Origin: Pseudovibrio sp. Ad37
GTDB lineage: Bacteria; Pseudomonadota; Alphaproteobacteria; Rhizobiales; Stappiaceae
NCBI RefSeq assembly: GCF_001623075.1
Contig: NZ_LMCF01000121.1
Span: forward strand, 7,901 to 39,900
DNA length: 32,000 nt
Direction of reading: 5' to 3'
The notes under the pieces are model-generated. The model had not been told where the DNA came from. It was given only the letters and a program-made list of their open reading frames with translations, and searched no databases. The translations under genes and the position numbers were made by a program. Below, piece after piece: positions 17,282-26,617 of the stretch (position 1 is its first letter; each line of letters begins with the position of its first letter).

Positions 17282-20200
17282 ATGGCAACACTTGTCCTTG
17301 GCGCTGTTGGCACCGCCGTGGGCGGAGCCATTGGCGGCTCGTTTCTTGGCGTGACCGCAGCCACAATCGGTGGTGCAATCGGCGCAGCAGCTGGCTCGTA
17401 TATTGACAGCTGGCTGATCAGCACGACGCTTCCTGACCAGACCATCGAGGGCCAGCGACTTGATCGCCTGCAAGTCACCACCTCAACAGAGGGAGCTGTC
17501 ATTCCCCGTATGTTTGGCCGCATGAGGATCGGTGGCAATATCATCTGGGCAACTGACTTTCGCGAGGAGATCAACCAGCAAACCCAAGGTGGCGGTAAAG
17601 GCGGCGGACCGAAGGTCACCACAACCACCTATGCCTACTATGCCTCGTTTGCCATCGCACTGTGCGAAGGGGTTCTTACCGGCATTGGTCGCATCTGGGC
17701 AGATGGTGAGCTTATGGATCTGCAAGGTGTCACCTGGCGCTGGTATGCAGGCGATGAGGCCCAAGAGCCAGATCCCCTCATCAAGGCTAAGATGAACGCG
17801 GCACCGGCCTATCGCGGCACAGCCTATCTGGTCTTTGAAGAGCTGCTATTGGAAAGCTATGGCAACCGCATTCCGCAGATCACGGTGGAAGTGTTTCGCC
17901 CGCTCTTGGACGGCACACCGGAAGGCCAGTTGCAATCGGCCACGTTGATCCCGGCATCTGGCGAATATGTCTATGCCACACGGCAGGTGACCAAATCCGA
18001 AGGCGGCGCCAAGACAGCCGGCATCAACGTAAATGCAGAAGCAACACAAGCCGATCTCATCGGTGCCCTGGACCGCCTGCAAGCCTCAGCCCCAAACATC
18101 CAAAGCATCTCGCTTGTGGTTGCCTGGTTTGGAGATGACCTTAGATGCGAGACTTGCAAGATCCGCCCAGGTGTCGATCAACCGACCAAGAATGCCAGCA
18201 CGTCCTGGAACGTCAATGGTGTCAGTCGGTCTGATGCTTTTCTGGTCAGCCGTGATGATAAGGGAGATCCTGTCTTCGGCGGAACACCTGCCGACTTTTC
18301 TATTGTCGAGGCAATCAAGGAAATAAAGGCCCGTGGCCTGCGGGTTACCTTCTATCCCTTCATCCTGATGGATATCCCGCCAAACAACACGCTGCCAGAT
18401 CCTTATAGCGATGATGCAAGCACGATCGGTCAACCCGCCTATCCCTGGCGTGGCAGGATAACATGCTCTCCTGCCCCTGGTTTTGCTGGCTCTCCGGACA
18501 AAAGCGAAGCAGCAGTTGGACAAGTGTCTGCGCTGTTTGGTTCTGCTGCTATTGGTGATTTCAGTGTGAGCGGGACAAGCGTTTCATGGACGGGACCATC
18601 GGGTGATTGGGGCCTGCGCCGCATGATCCTGCACTATGCCCATCTGTGCAAAGCTGCTGGCGGAGTGGATGCGTTTCTCATCGCCTCAGAAATGCGCGTG
18701 CTTAATCAAGTGCGAGGACCAGCAAACAGCTTTTCCGCAATTGAGCAATGGAGCAGCTTACTGAGCGATGTACGCTCTGTTGTAGGTTCAGATACCAAGC
18801 TCTCTTATGCCGCCGACTGGTCCGAGTATTTCGGCTTCAGGTCGGCAGGTGACAGCGGAGACCTCTTCTTTCATCTTGACCCAATCTGGGCTCATGAAGC
18901 CTGTGATTTTATCGGTATCGACAACTACATGCCGCTTTCCGATTGGCGCGATGGTTTTGACCATCTGGATGCGCAGATCTACCCGCACATATTCGATCAG
19001 AGTTATTTGAAGGGCAACATTGCCGGCGGCGAAGGTTTTGACTGGTTTTATGCAAGCGATGCTGATCGCATTGCTCAGGTCAGAACGCCAATCACAGATG
19101 GCACCCACAATAAGCCTTGGGTGTTTCGCTATAAGGACCTACAGAGCTGGTGGAGCAATCAGCATTATGATCGCCCAGGCGGTGTGGAGGGGACAGAGCC
19201 AACGGCCTGGATACCACAGAGCAAACCCATCTGGTTTACCGAGTTCGGCTGTCCTGCTGTAGACCACGCCACCAACCAGCCCAACGTATTCATTGATCTC
19301 AAATCATCAGAATCCAAAGCGCCCTACTTTTCTCGTGCCTGGCGTGATGATGCCATCCAGCGGGCTTACTTGAATGCCACGCTGAGCTATTGGCAAGAGC
19401 CGGGCAACAATCCCACATCAAGCGCCTATGACGGTCCCATGCTGGACCTTGGCAATTGCTCTGCCTGGACATGGGATGCCCGGCCCTATCCGTTCTTTCC
19501 AGAACTCACCAACATCTGGTCAGATGGTGACAACTGGCGACTGGGGCACTGGCTGGGAGGACGGCTCGGGGCTGTTGGGCTTGGTGCGCTGGTCAAACAC
19601 CTATGTAAACGCGCTGGGCTGAGCGGAGATCTGATCGACACCTCAGATCTTTATGGTGCCGTTGAAGGCTATGTGATTTCTGCGTTGCAAAGCCCGCGTG
19701 CATCAATTGCCGTGCTGGCCCGTCACTTCGGCTTTGATGCCGTGGAGAGCGAAGGCATTCTGCATTTTAAGGTGCGTGGGCGTGGTGCCGTCAAACGCCT
19801 TGAGCTTGATGATCTGGTGGCAGCACCAAAAGACACTGAGCCCATCGAGTTTGAGCGCGCGCAGGAAACCGAACTGCCCCAGGCGCTGAAATGGTCTGTC
19901 GCCCGCGCCGATGAAGACTATGACGCCATTCAGGTGGAAGCGCAGCGGGTAACAGTGCAGGCGAGCCGTATCTCTTCTGAAAACTTCCCGCTTGCCGTTG
20001 CCCCGGAAGAAGCGGAGCGCCGGGTGCGCCGCGCCCTGCAAGAAGCCTGGGTTGGACGCGACGGTGCCAGCTTTGCGCTACCGCCGTCAGAGCTTGCCCT
20101 TGATCCAACAGACGTGGTTGCGCTGGACCATGATGGGCGCAGCTATGATCTGCAGCTCTTGAGTGTCAATGATGGCCTGGAGCGCAAGGTGACCAGCATC

Positions 20201-21244
20201 CAGCAAGATCGCCAAGTCTACGATATGCCACCTGGACCATCGCGGAAAAGAACAGATGGAGCGCTTTCGCAGGCGGTTGTATTCGGAAAACCTCTGTTTG
20301 CGTTTCTCGATCTGCCGCAGCTCTCAGACAACTCCCCTGCTCATCAGCCGTTGATGGCAGCTTATGCCGATCCCTGGCCGGGTGTTCTCAATGTCTATCG
20401 CAGTCAAGCAGACGCAGGATTCAAACGGGTTGCCGAGATCACCACGCCAGCCCAGTTTGGGGTGACACTAGAGCCCCTTAAGCGAGGTCCTACCTCCCGG
20501 TTTGATCTTGGCAGTGAATTGGTAATCTCAGTCTCTTCAGGAACAATCGAGAGCATTCCAGACTTAGAGCTCCTTGCGGGCGGCAATGCTTTTGCCATTG
20601 AGACTGCTCCAAACACCTGGGAGATCATTCAGGCCAGCAGAGCAGAGCTCTTAGCGCCTAGCACCTACAAACTCTCACGGCTGCTTCGCGGTCAACGTGG
20701 TACCGAGAGTTCTATCGTCGATACACTCCCGGCAAGCGCAAGGATCATCCGTCTTGATGATAATTTGGTTCCGGCTCCCATCACTTTGAGCGAGATAAGC
20801 TTGCCGTTCCGGTGGCGTATCGTGCCCGGAAGAGCGTCGCTTTCTGATCCTGCCACGTTGGCATTAGGCTTTACGCCGGAAGCCAATGGTTTGCGTCCAT
20901 TGTCTCCGGTTCATGTTACACAACCTATTCGCAAAGGACGTCTTCCCGGTGACCTCGCTCTCTTCTGGATCAGACGGTCCCGTTTGCCCGAAGCGGACAG
21001 CTGGCTGTCACGCGATGTGCCACTTGGCGAAGCCATCGAGGCCTATGAGGTGGAGGTTCTGAAAGACGGCTCAGTAATCCGCACGCTGAGTTCAACAACC
21101 TCCAGCGTGATTTATATCGGCACGCAGCAGATTGAGGACTTTGGAGCAATACTTTCGTCTGGAGATACGCTTCTCATCCGCATCTACCAGCTCTCCAACA
21201 CTTTAGGCCGCGGCATGCCGCTTACCACCACTTTGCACTTCTGA
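17282..21244 (+). CDS. Host specificity / baseplate multidomain tail protein (RcGTA g15 homologue, gpJ-like)
   Basis: 1320 aa. The glycine-rich N-terminus MATLVLGAVGTAVGGAIGG and the following region (RMFGRMRIGGNIIWATDF, YYASFAIALCEG) are typical of g15-type proteins. Synteny follows g12-g14. Confidence 0.92.
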   Translation: MATLVLGAVGTAVGGAIGGSFLGVTAATIGGAIGAAAGSYIDSWLISTTLPDQTIEGQRLDRLQVTTSTEGAVIPRMFGRMRIGGNIIWATDFREEINQQTQGGGKGGGPKVTTTTYAYYASFAIALCEGVLTGIGRIWADGELMDLQGVTWRWYAGDEAQEPDPLIKAKMNAAPAYRGTAYLVFEELLLESYGNRIPQITVEVFRPLLDGTPEGQLQSATLIPASGEYVYATRQVTKSEGGAKTAGINVNAEATQADLIGALDRLQASAPNIQSISLVVAWFGDDLRCETCKIRPGVDQPTKNASTSWNVNGVSRSDAFLVSRDDKGDPVFGGTPADFSIVEAIKEIKARGLRVTFYPFILMDIPPNNTLPDPYSDDASTIGQPAYPWRGRITCSPAPGFAGSPDKSEAAVGQVSALFGSAAIGDFSVSGTSVSWTGPSGDWGLRRMILHYAHLCKAAGGVDAFLIASEMRVLNQVRGPANSFSAIEQWSSLLSDVRSVVGSDTKLSYAADWSEYFGFRSAGDSGDLFFHLDPIWAHEACDFIGIDNYMPLSDWRDGFDHLDAQIYPHIFDQSYLKGNIAGGEGFDWFYASDADRIAQVRTPITDGTHNKPWVFRYKDLQSWWSNQHYDRPGGVEGTEPTAWIPQSKPIWFTEFGCPAVDHATNQPNVFIDLKSSESKAPYFSRAWRDDAIQRAYLNATLSYWQEPGNNPTSSAYDGPMLDLGNCSAWTWDARPYPFFPELTNIWSDGDNWRLGHWLGGRLGAVGLGALVKHLCKRAGLSGDLIDTSDLYGAVEGYVISALQSPRASIAVLARHFGFDAVESEGILHFKVRGRGAVKRLELDDLVAAPKDTEPIEFERAQETELPQALKWSVARADEDYDAIQVEAQRVTVQASRISSENFPLAVAPEEAERRVRRALQEAWVGRDGASFALPPSELALDPTDVVALDHDGRSYDLQLLSVNDGLERKVTSIQQDRQVYDMPPGPSRKRTDGALSQAVVFGKPLFAFLDLPQLSDNSPAHQPLMAAYADPWPGVLNVYRSQADAGFKRVAEITTPAQFGVTLEPLKRGPTSRFDLGSELVISVSSGTIESIPDLELLAGGNAFAIETAPNTWEIIQASRAELLAPSTYKLSRLLRGQRGTESSIVDTLPASARIIRLDDNLVPAPITLSEISLPFRWRIVPGRASLSDPATLALGFTPEANGLRPLSPVHVTQPIRKGRLPGDLALFWIRRSRLPEADSWLSRDVPLGEAIEAYEVEVLKDGSVIRTLSSTTSSVIYIGTQQIEDFGAILSSGDTLLIRIYQLSNTLGRGMPLTTTLHF

Positions 21245-21254
21245 GGCCATATCC

Positions 21255-22004
21255 ATGTCAGAGACAACTTCTCGGCTTGCCCTGCCCTACATCACGGCCG
21301 CGCAGGCGCAAAAGCATATCACCCACAACGAAGCCCTTCGCCTACTCGACGGCCTCATTCAGATGCGGGTCCTCAATGCAACTTCGGCAGCACCGCCAAG
21401 CTCCCCCGGTGAGGGCGATGCTTACATCGTGAGTTTTCCCGCCACAGACGCATGGACTGGCTGGGAGAAGGATGTGGCCTTTTATGCCGATGGCAGCTGG
21501 TTCCGGCTGCCCGCCCTTGATGGCATGCGCGTCTGGGACCCAGATGCTGAAACATTGCTGATCTATACCGCTGGGAGTTGGAAAGTTCTCTCCGATGCCT
21601 TGAACCTTTTGAGATCAGCGACGCTGGTTCATGTCGCCAAAGGACCACTTGGAGGCACCACAGGCCTGGGTGTTCTGGAAGAAACGCTCTCAGGTCTGTC
21701 AGGCTCTATTGTCGAGACCACCATCACCATTCCAGATCGCTCCATCTGCCTTGGTGTTTCCACCCGAACAGTCTCAGCAATCACAGGTGCCACTTCTTAC
21801 GATTGTGGCATTGACGGCGAGCTCTCCAAGTTCGGCGGTTCCCTCGGCATTACCGCTGGCAGCACCAACAAGGGCATCATCGGCCCGCAAGGCTTTTACG
21901 CTGATACGCCCATTCGCCTGACCGCCAAGGGCGGTGACTTCACTGGGGGCACCGTCAGCGTGGCGATCCATTATCTCAGCGTTGGCGTACCGGACGCACA
22001 ATGA
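21255..22004 (+). CDS. DUF2793 domain protein (putative tail fibre / receptor-binding accessory)
   Basis: SRLALPYITAAQAQKHITHNEALRLLDGL...GEGDAYIV...W.GWEKDVAFYADGSWFRL is the DUF2793 signature. It sits directly after the g15 homologue. Confidence 0.85.
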   Translation: MSETTSRLALPYITAAQAQKHITHNEALRLLDGLIQMRVLNATSAAPPSSPGEGDAYIVSFPATDAWTGWEKDVAFYADGSWFRLPALDGMRVWDPDAETLLIYTAGSWKVLSDALNLLRSATLVHVAKGPLGGTTGLGVLEETLSGLSGSIVETTITIPDRSICLGVSTRTVSAITGATSYDCGIDGELSKFGGSLGITAGSTNKGIIGPQGFYADTPIRLTAKGGDFTGGTVSVAIHYLSVGVPDAQ

Positions 22005-22225
22005 CAAACCTTGGCGAGATCATCAATGCGCTGGGCGGCGGACCCGCAGCCGTTGCTATTGTCGGTCTGGGCTTCTTTGCCTGGAGAGTGCTCAATTGGT
22101 GGCGACAAGACACCAAGGAATACAACGCTGCCCTTCGCGAGATCCAGAAGGACGCCATCGAAGGCCTGCAAGCCAGCACTGAGGCCATTCGCGCCTTAAC
22201 CAAGGAGATCAAGCGCCGTGATTAA
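22001..22225 (+). CDS. Small membrane protein, holin-like or i-spanin-like
   Basis: 74 aa with one predicted TM segment (GPAAVAIVGLGFFAWRVLNWW) followed by a charged helical tail. ATGA overlap with the upstream gene, close to the endolysin. Confidence 0.5.
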   Translation: MTNLGEIINALGGGPAAVAIVGLGFFAWRVLNWWRQDTKEYNAALREIQKDAIEGLQASTEAIRALTKEIKRRD

Positions 22226-22376
22226 ACACCTCCTGAAAACCGTTCCGCAGTCCCGCAAGCGGACATGCAAGACTTGTAGCCGGCAAGCTGTACTTGCTGT
22301 GCGTGAAAAGCGCCTAGAGCTTTGCCATGCGCTTAAGGAGTTGGCGCAGGCGAGAAAAGCCAAAGACCGAACCTGA
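22218..22376 (+). CDS. Possible small basic protein (52 aa, GTG start). Weak call.
   Basis: Below the ORF-track cutoff and translated by hand (VIKHLLKTVPQSRKRTCKTCSRQ...). The GTG overlaps the upstream stop. No recognisable family or lipobox. Confidence 0.25.
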   Translation: MIKHLLKTVPQSRKRTCKTCSRQAVLAVREKRLELCHALKELAQARKAKDRT

Positions 22377-22407
22377 CGCCTGCGCATTCCAAAGAACTCA
22401 CCTCTTC

Positions 22408-22432
22408 AAGCTGCCTTCGGGCGGCTTTTTTT
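22408..22432 (+). terminator. Rho-independent terminator (late operon end)
   Basis: AAGCTGCC-TTCG-GGCGGCTT: an 8-bp stem with one G-T pair and a TTCG loop, followed by a T7 run. Confidence 0.7.
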
Positions 22433-22450
22433 ATGTCTGGAGGACTAACC

Positions 22451-23098
22451 ATGACGTACACCACACGGGACATCCAAGCCCGACTTGCTGCGCTGAGCTA
22501 TGATCCCGGTCCCATCGATGGTCTTGATGGACCAAAGACAAAAGCTGCGATAGCTGAGGCGTTGAAAGCGCGGAACGTGAAGCGCGTCGAGGAGTTGTTT
22601 CATCGCTCTGGCCTTCATCGCATTATCTTGCATTGGACAGCAGGCGCGGACGGGCTCATTGAGCTGGAGCGGCAGCACTACCACATCATCATCGATCGCT
22701 CAGGCCGAACACATGCAGGTGCTCTAAAACCAGAGGCCAATGCCAATTGCCTCGATGGCCGCTATGCCGCTCATACTAGAGCACTTAACACCGGGTCCAT
22801 CGGCGTTGCCCTTGATGCCATGTCGGGCGCAATAGAGTCTCCTTTCGATCCCGGCAAGTATCCAATCACGCAAGTTCAAGTTCAGGCACTAGCGGAGACT
22901 GTTGCTGATCTCTGTGAAACCTACCAGATCCCGGTGAGCCCATACTCCGTTCTTACCCATGCAGAAGTTCAGCCGACGCTGGGCGTCAAACAACGCAGCA
23001 AATGGGATATCGCCTGGCTGCCAGATATGACTGAGCCGGAAAATCCGGTTGATGTGGGCAACAAGCTGCGTTCGCTCATTGCAACTGCAGGGCTCTGA
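22451..23098 (+). CDS. Endolysin: peptidoglycan-binding domain + N-acetylmuramoyl-L-alanine amidase (Amidase_2/PGRP type)
   Basis: I prefer the ATG at 22451 (GGAGGA 6 nt upstream) over the track start at 22433. PG_binding_1-like IQARLAALSYDPGPIDGLDGPKTKAAI, then ILHWTAG...HYHIIIDRSG...AAHTRALNTGSIGVAL...LTHAEV. Confidence 0.85.
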   Translation: MTYTTRDIQARLAALSYDPGPIDGLDGPKTKAAIAEALKARNVKRVEELFHRSGLHRIILHWTAGADGLIELERQHYHIIIDRSGRTHAGALKPEANANCLDGRYAAHTRALNTGSIGVALDAMSGAIESPFDPGKYPITQVQVQALAETVADLCETYQIPVSPYSVLTHAEVQPTLGVKQRSKWDIAWLPDMTEPENPVDVGNKLRSLIATAGL

Positions 23099-23287
23099 GC
23101 TTTCAAGTTACTGCTGTGACAACTGACAGGAAACAGTCTCTCGTTGAGAGTGCAAACAGATCACTGAGGGCCATGTGCTGACATTCGACAAGGCATTGAA
23201 TGCTGGGTTGTTTCGCAGGCGCAGCATATTAGTGGCAGGCTAAAACAGCCATCAACACGATTTAACAAAGACTTTTCGTAGAGTGAT

Positions 23288-26200
23288 TTACTCAACGTCT
23301 GATTGATCGAACTGAGTTTGCTTCTTCTCTGCATACATCAGATCAAGTAACAAGTTGGAGATCTCAGCGGCTTTCTCTGGGTTTGATAGGAGATGCATCA
23401 TCATTTTCTGGTGCGCCTCACCACTCGTAATAATGGCATCGTCTACTGCATTTTGGAAACCGCCTAGCTTTGCCTGATCTTTGGTGTTGTTTTCAATCTG
23501 AGTCATAACAAGCGGATTTTCAGAGATTTTGTCTTTGAGAACGTACAGGTAATTGACCTTATCTTTTTCTGTAAGCCCATCTTCAGCAAACAGGTCATTC
23601 ACACGCTCAATAATCTGCGAGAGGAATTCTTCTTTGGGATCTTTAGATTTGCCACTGCCAAGCTCGTCAGCTGGCTCCAATCCCTCACCTTCACCGCTTA
23701 CCAACTGCAAATCCTGCTGCTTAAGCTTCGACAGTCGGTAGTGACTCAGTTCGACATTGTCCAGATCGATTACATCATCCTCAATTGCAGCTTCGCGCAG
23801 CAAAGGACGCAGGCTTCGTGCAAACAGGCTAAGCTTTTCCAACTCCTTATCATCATAGTCCACGATTTGTGAGATGAACTCATAAAACCGCACATACGTG
23901 CCCAAATCCTTCTTGAAGATTTCCAGCCCGTCTTTTTCTTTCTTGCAGTCTTTGAACGTTGTATCCGTGTTGGCAATCAGGACAGGATCGCCAGCCTTTT
24001 TGGCGCGCTCGAACATATCCTTTGAACGCTTATAGGCTTCAACGGCTGACTTGTAGCGGCTGGTCCAACGTTCCACCGCAGGCTTACAGATATTTGAGAT
24101 GGCCGCACTGCTCTTGTTCTTTTGCAAGAAGGCAATGCAGTACTGCTCCACCTCGCTCCATAGGAAAATTCCAGAGCTTCTGAGTTTTTCTGAGAGTTCG
24201 AAGACGAGATTAGGATTAGACACATCCATGAGTTCAGCGGTCTGATAATACTTCTGAAACGGGGCTAGAACGTCTTCTGGCTCATTGAAGAAGTCCAGCA
24301 CAAACGTGCCGGATTCTGCTTTACCCTGATAGGTACGGTTGAGACGAGAAAGAGTTTGAACACATTCCACTCCGGCCAGTTTTTTATCCACGTACATGGC
24401 GCAGAGCTTGGGCTGATCAAACCCAGTCTGGAATTTATTCGCAACGATCATCACCTGATACTCGTCACCATCAAAAGCTTTGCGCATGTCGCGGCCTTTC
24501 AGGCCTGGGTTCATGCTGGTTTCAGTGAACTTCTCGCCAACCAATCCTGCTGAGTTCGGGTCTTTATCAGTAAACTCCACCTCACCGGAAAATGCAGCCA
24601 TTGAGTGGATTTTATCGTAGCCTTTGGCTTTTGTGTATTTGTCGAAAGCTAGCTTAAAACGAACAGCCTCTTTGCGTGAGCTGGTAACCACCATCGCTTT
24701 GGCTTGTCCGCCTAACAAGCCCATCACATTATCTTTGAAGTGCTCAACAATGATCTGCACTTTTTGAGCAATATTGTAGTCATGCAGCCGTACCCACTGG
24801 TTCAGCTTGACCTTGGCTTTTTTGCTTTCAACCTCGTCGTCTTTTTCCTGTATCTTAAGAGCGAGATTATAGGCGACTTTGTAGTTGGTGTAGTTTTTCA
24901 GCACATCGAGAATGAAGCCTTCCTCAATCGCCTGACGCATGGAATATACGTGGTAAGCCACTGGGATATTGGTGCGAGATGGCACCTCATCAGGCTTTGG
25001 CAGACGGCCAAACAGCTCTAGCGTTTTAGCTTTCGGTGTTGCGGTAAAGGCAAAATAACTTAGGTTTTGCGAGGCGCTGCGTGAGGCCACAGCAGCATCA
25101 AGAATATCTTCGCTGCTCAGCTCTTCTTCACCAGAGCTTTCCTCTTTCATCAGCACTTCTTTGAGCTGACGTGCGGTAGAGCCAGTCTGTGAAGAATGCG
25201 CTTCATCGGCAATAATGGCATAGCTACGCGTCTTCAAACTTGTGCTGTTCTCAATCGCTTTGAGCACAAACGGGAAGGTCTGGATGGTGACGATAATAAT
25301 GGGCTGAGAAACCTCCAGCGCTTTAGCCAGCTTCTCAGACTTAGAGCCATCACCTTCCTTGTTGTTGATGCGGCCAACAACACCGTCCACATGCTCAAAC
25401 TGATAGATTGTGTCTTGCAGCTGGTCATCAAGCACTGTGCGGTCGGTCACGATGATGACGGAGTTGAACACCTTTTCGCCGTTGTCACCATAGAGCGAAG
25501 AGAGTTGATGCGCGGTCCATGCAATAGAATTGGATTTGCCAGAGCCAGCGCTGTGCTGAATAAGGTATTTTTGCCCAGAACCTTCGCTTTTCGCCGCATC
25601 AACAAGTTTGGTGACCACATCCCACTGATGATAGCGCGGGAAGATCATGGTCTCTTTTTTGATCTTCCTGCCCTGCCAGTCTTCCTTTTCCTCAATCTGT
25701 AGATGGATAAACCGGGCGAGGATGTTTAAAAGATTGTCGGGCTGCAGCACCTCTTGCCACAAATAGGCTGTGGCATATTCATTTTTGTCTTCTGGAACAT
25801 CATTGCCAGCCGCTCCGTCCTTCGCCCCTTTGTTGAAGGGGAGGAAATATGTGTCTTTGCCCGCCAGTTTGGTGGTCATATAGACCTCATACTGGCTCAC
25901 AGCAAAATGAACGAGCGCACCGCGTTTGAATGTGAGCAACGGCTCTGGCTTGCGCGTTTCAGGGTCAATAGGCAAACGAGTGGTTTTATACTGCCGCTTG
26001 GCGCTGTCTACCGCCTGCTTGAACTCGGATTTCAGCTCCAGCGTGGCAATTGGTAAGCCGTTGACGAACAATACCAGATCGATGCGCCAGTTCTTTGCCT
26101 TCTTTCCGGTTACGGTCAGATGCTCTGCTGTAGCCCAGGGGCTGTAAACCAGCTCTGGCACCACACGCAAACGGTTTTGTTTATAGCGCGCCAGCGTGTC

Positions 26201-26566
26201 GGGGTTGAGGTCGTGCTCTGGCTTAAACTGACACAAGCTAAACCGGGCGTTGCGGTCTTTCAGGCCATGGCGCAACACACCAAGCGTCCCGTAAAGGCGC
26301 ATTTGCTTGTCGGCGGCTCTTGGGTCAGCTTTGCCAAGCTGCGTTGCAACGCATTCAAGGAATTTCTGCTCGCTGTTACCGGGGTGGTTCCTAGCAAACT
26401 TCTGCCATTCCCCATCCTGCGTTTCTTTGACAAAGCTGAGCAGGTCTTCTTCATAAAGGGCAAGGGCGCGATTGTAGCCAGCAGGCGAACCAAGCAACCA
26501 GCCATTGGCACACAACTGGTTGATAATATCGCGCTGGAAATGCACTTCAGCAGCCTTGTCGCTCAT
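23288..26566 (-). CDS. hsdR: Type I restriction enzyme R subunit
   Basis: 1092 aa. N-terminal PD-(D/E)XK motif (DLVLFVNGLPIATLELKS), helicase motif I HSAGSGKSNS, DEAH box IIADEAHSSQ, and a long helical C-terminal region. Confidence 0.95.
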   Translation of the reverse strand: MSDKAAEVHFQRDIINQLCANGWLLGSPAGYNRALALYEEDLLSFVKETQDGEWQKFARNHPGNSEQKFLECVATQLGKADPRAADKQMRLYGTLGVLRHGLKDRNARFSLCQFKPEHDLNPDTLARYKQNRLRVVPELVYSPWATAEHLTVTGKKAKNWRIDLVLFVNGLPIATLELKSEFKQAVDSAKRQYKTTRLPIDPETRKPEPLLTFKRGALVHFAVSQYEVYMTTKLAGKDTYFLPFNKGAKDGAAGNDVPEDKNEYATAYLWQEVLQPDNLLNILARFIHLQIEEKEDWQGRKIKKETMIFPRYHQWDVVTKLVDAAKSEGSGQKYLIQHSAGSGKSNSIAWTAHQLSSLYGDNGEKVFNSVIIVTDRTVLDDQLQDTIYQFEHVDGVVGRINNKEGDGSKSEKLAKALEVSQPIIIVTIQTFPFVLKAIENSTSLKTRSYAIIADEAHSSQTGSTARQLKEVLMKEESSGEEELSSEDILDAAVASRSASQNLSYFAFTATPKAKTLELFGRLPKPDEVPSRTNIPVAYHVYSMRQAIEEGFILDVLKNYTNYKVAYNLALKIQEKDDEVESKKAKVKLNQWVRLHDYNIAQKVQIIVEHFKDNVMGLLGGQAKAMVVTSSRKEAVRFKLAFDKYTKAKGYDKIHSMAAFSGEVEFTDKDPNSAGLVGEKFTETSMNPGLKGRDMRKAFDGDEYQVMIVANKFQTGFDQPKLCAMYVDKKLAGVECVQTLSRLNRTYQGKAESGTFVLDFFNEPEDVLAPFQKYYQTAELMDVSNPNLVFELSEKLRSSGIFLWSEVEQYCIAFLQKNKSSAAISNICKPAVERWTSRYKSAVEAYKRSKDMFERAKKAGDPVLIANTDTTFKDCKKEKDGLEIFKKDLGTYVRFYEFISQIVDYDDKELEKLSLFARSLRPLLREAAIEDDVIDLDNVELSHYRLSKLKQQDLQLVSGEGEGLEPADELGSGKSKDPKEEFLSQIIERVNDLFAEDGLTEKDKVNYLYVLKDKISENPLVMTQIENNTKDQAKLGGFQNAVDDAIITSGEAHQKMMMHLLSNPEKAAEISNLLLDLMYAEKKQTQFDQSDVE

Positions 26567-26617
26567 TCCTAAAATCCCTTAAATATCAATTCATCGCGGC
26601 GTAAACCCGCCATTATC

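Larger units (their letters stand above)
1..23098 (+). mobile_element. Siphovirus-type prophage, late/structural half (lambda-type packaging and head genes, RcGTA-type distal tail genes, lysis genes). The left end runs off the window and the right end is approximate.
   Basis: About 22 same-strand phage late genes in canonical order, tightly packed with overlapping stop/start junctions (ATGA, GTGA, TAATG). No integrase or att site seen inside the window. Confidence 0.85.

Noticed and set aside
17206-17628. N-terminal 141 codons of the 302-aa minus-strand track ORF (16720-17628)
   Set aside because: This part is antisense to the g15 homologue start, is Pro/Ala-rich, and sits in GC-rich DNA. 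The internal ATG at 17205 has a strong SD (GAGGAGAG) and marks the start of the AT-rich insert, so the gene is called 16720-17205.
1-23098. Interpretation of the element as a gene transfer agent (GTA), because g12-g15 homologues are present
   Set aside because: The packaging and head genes are lambda-type, not the GTA g2-g5 type. The tape measure is full length (about 670 aa), and TerS, an MTase and lysis genes are present. A prophage is the simpler reading, though its completeness cannot be judged from this window.
23099-23287. Search for a direct repeat of the tRNA-fMet 3' segment (putative att) in the endolysin-hsdR spacer and at the left window edge
   Set aside because: No match longer than about 8 nt was found by eye, so no att site is claimed. 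A computational repeat search over the full replicon is needed.
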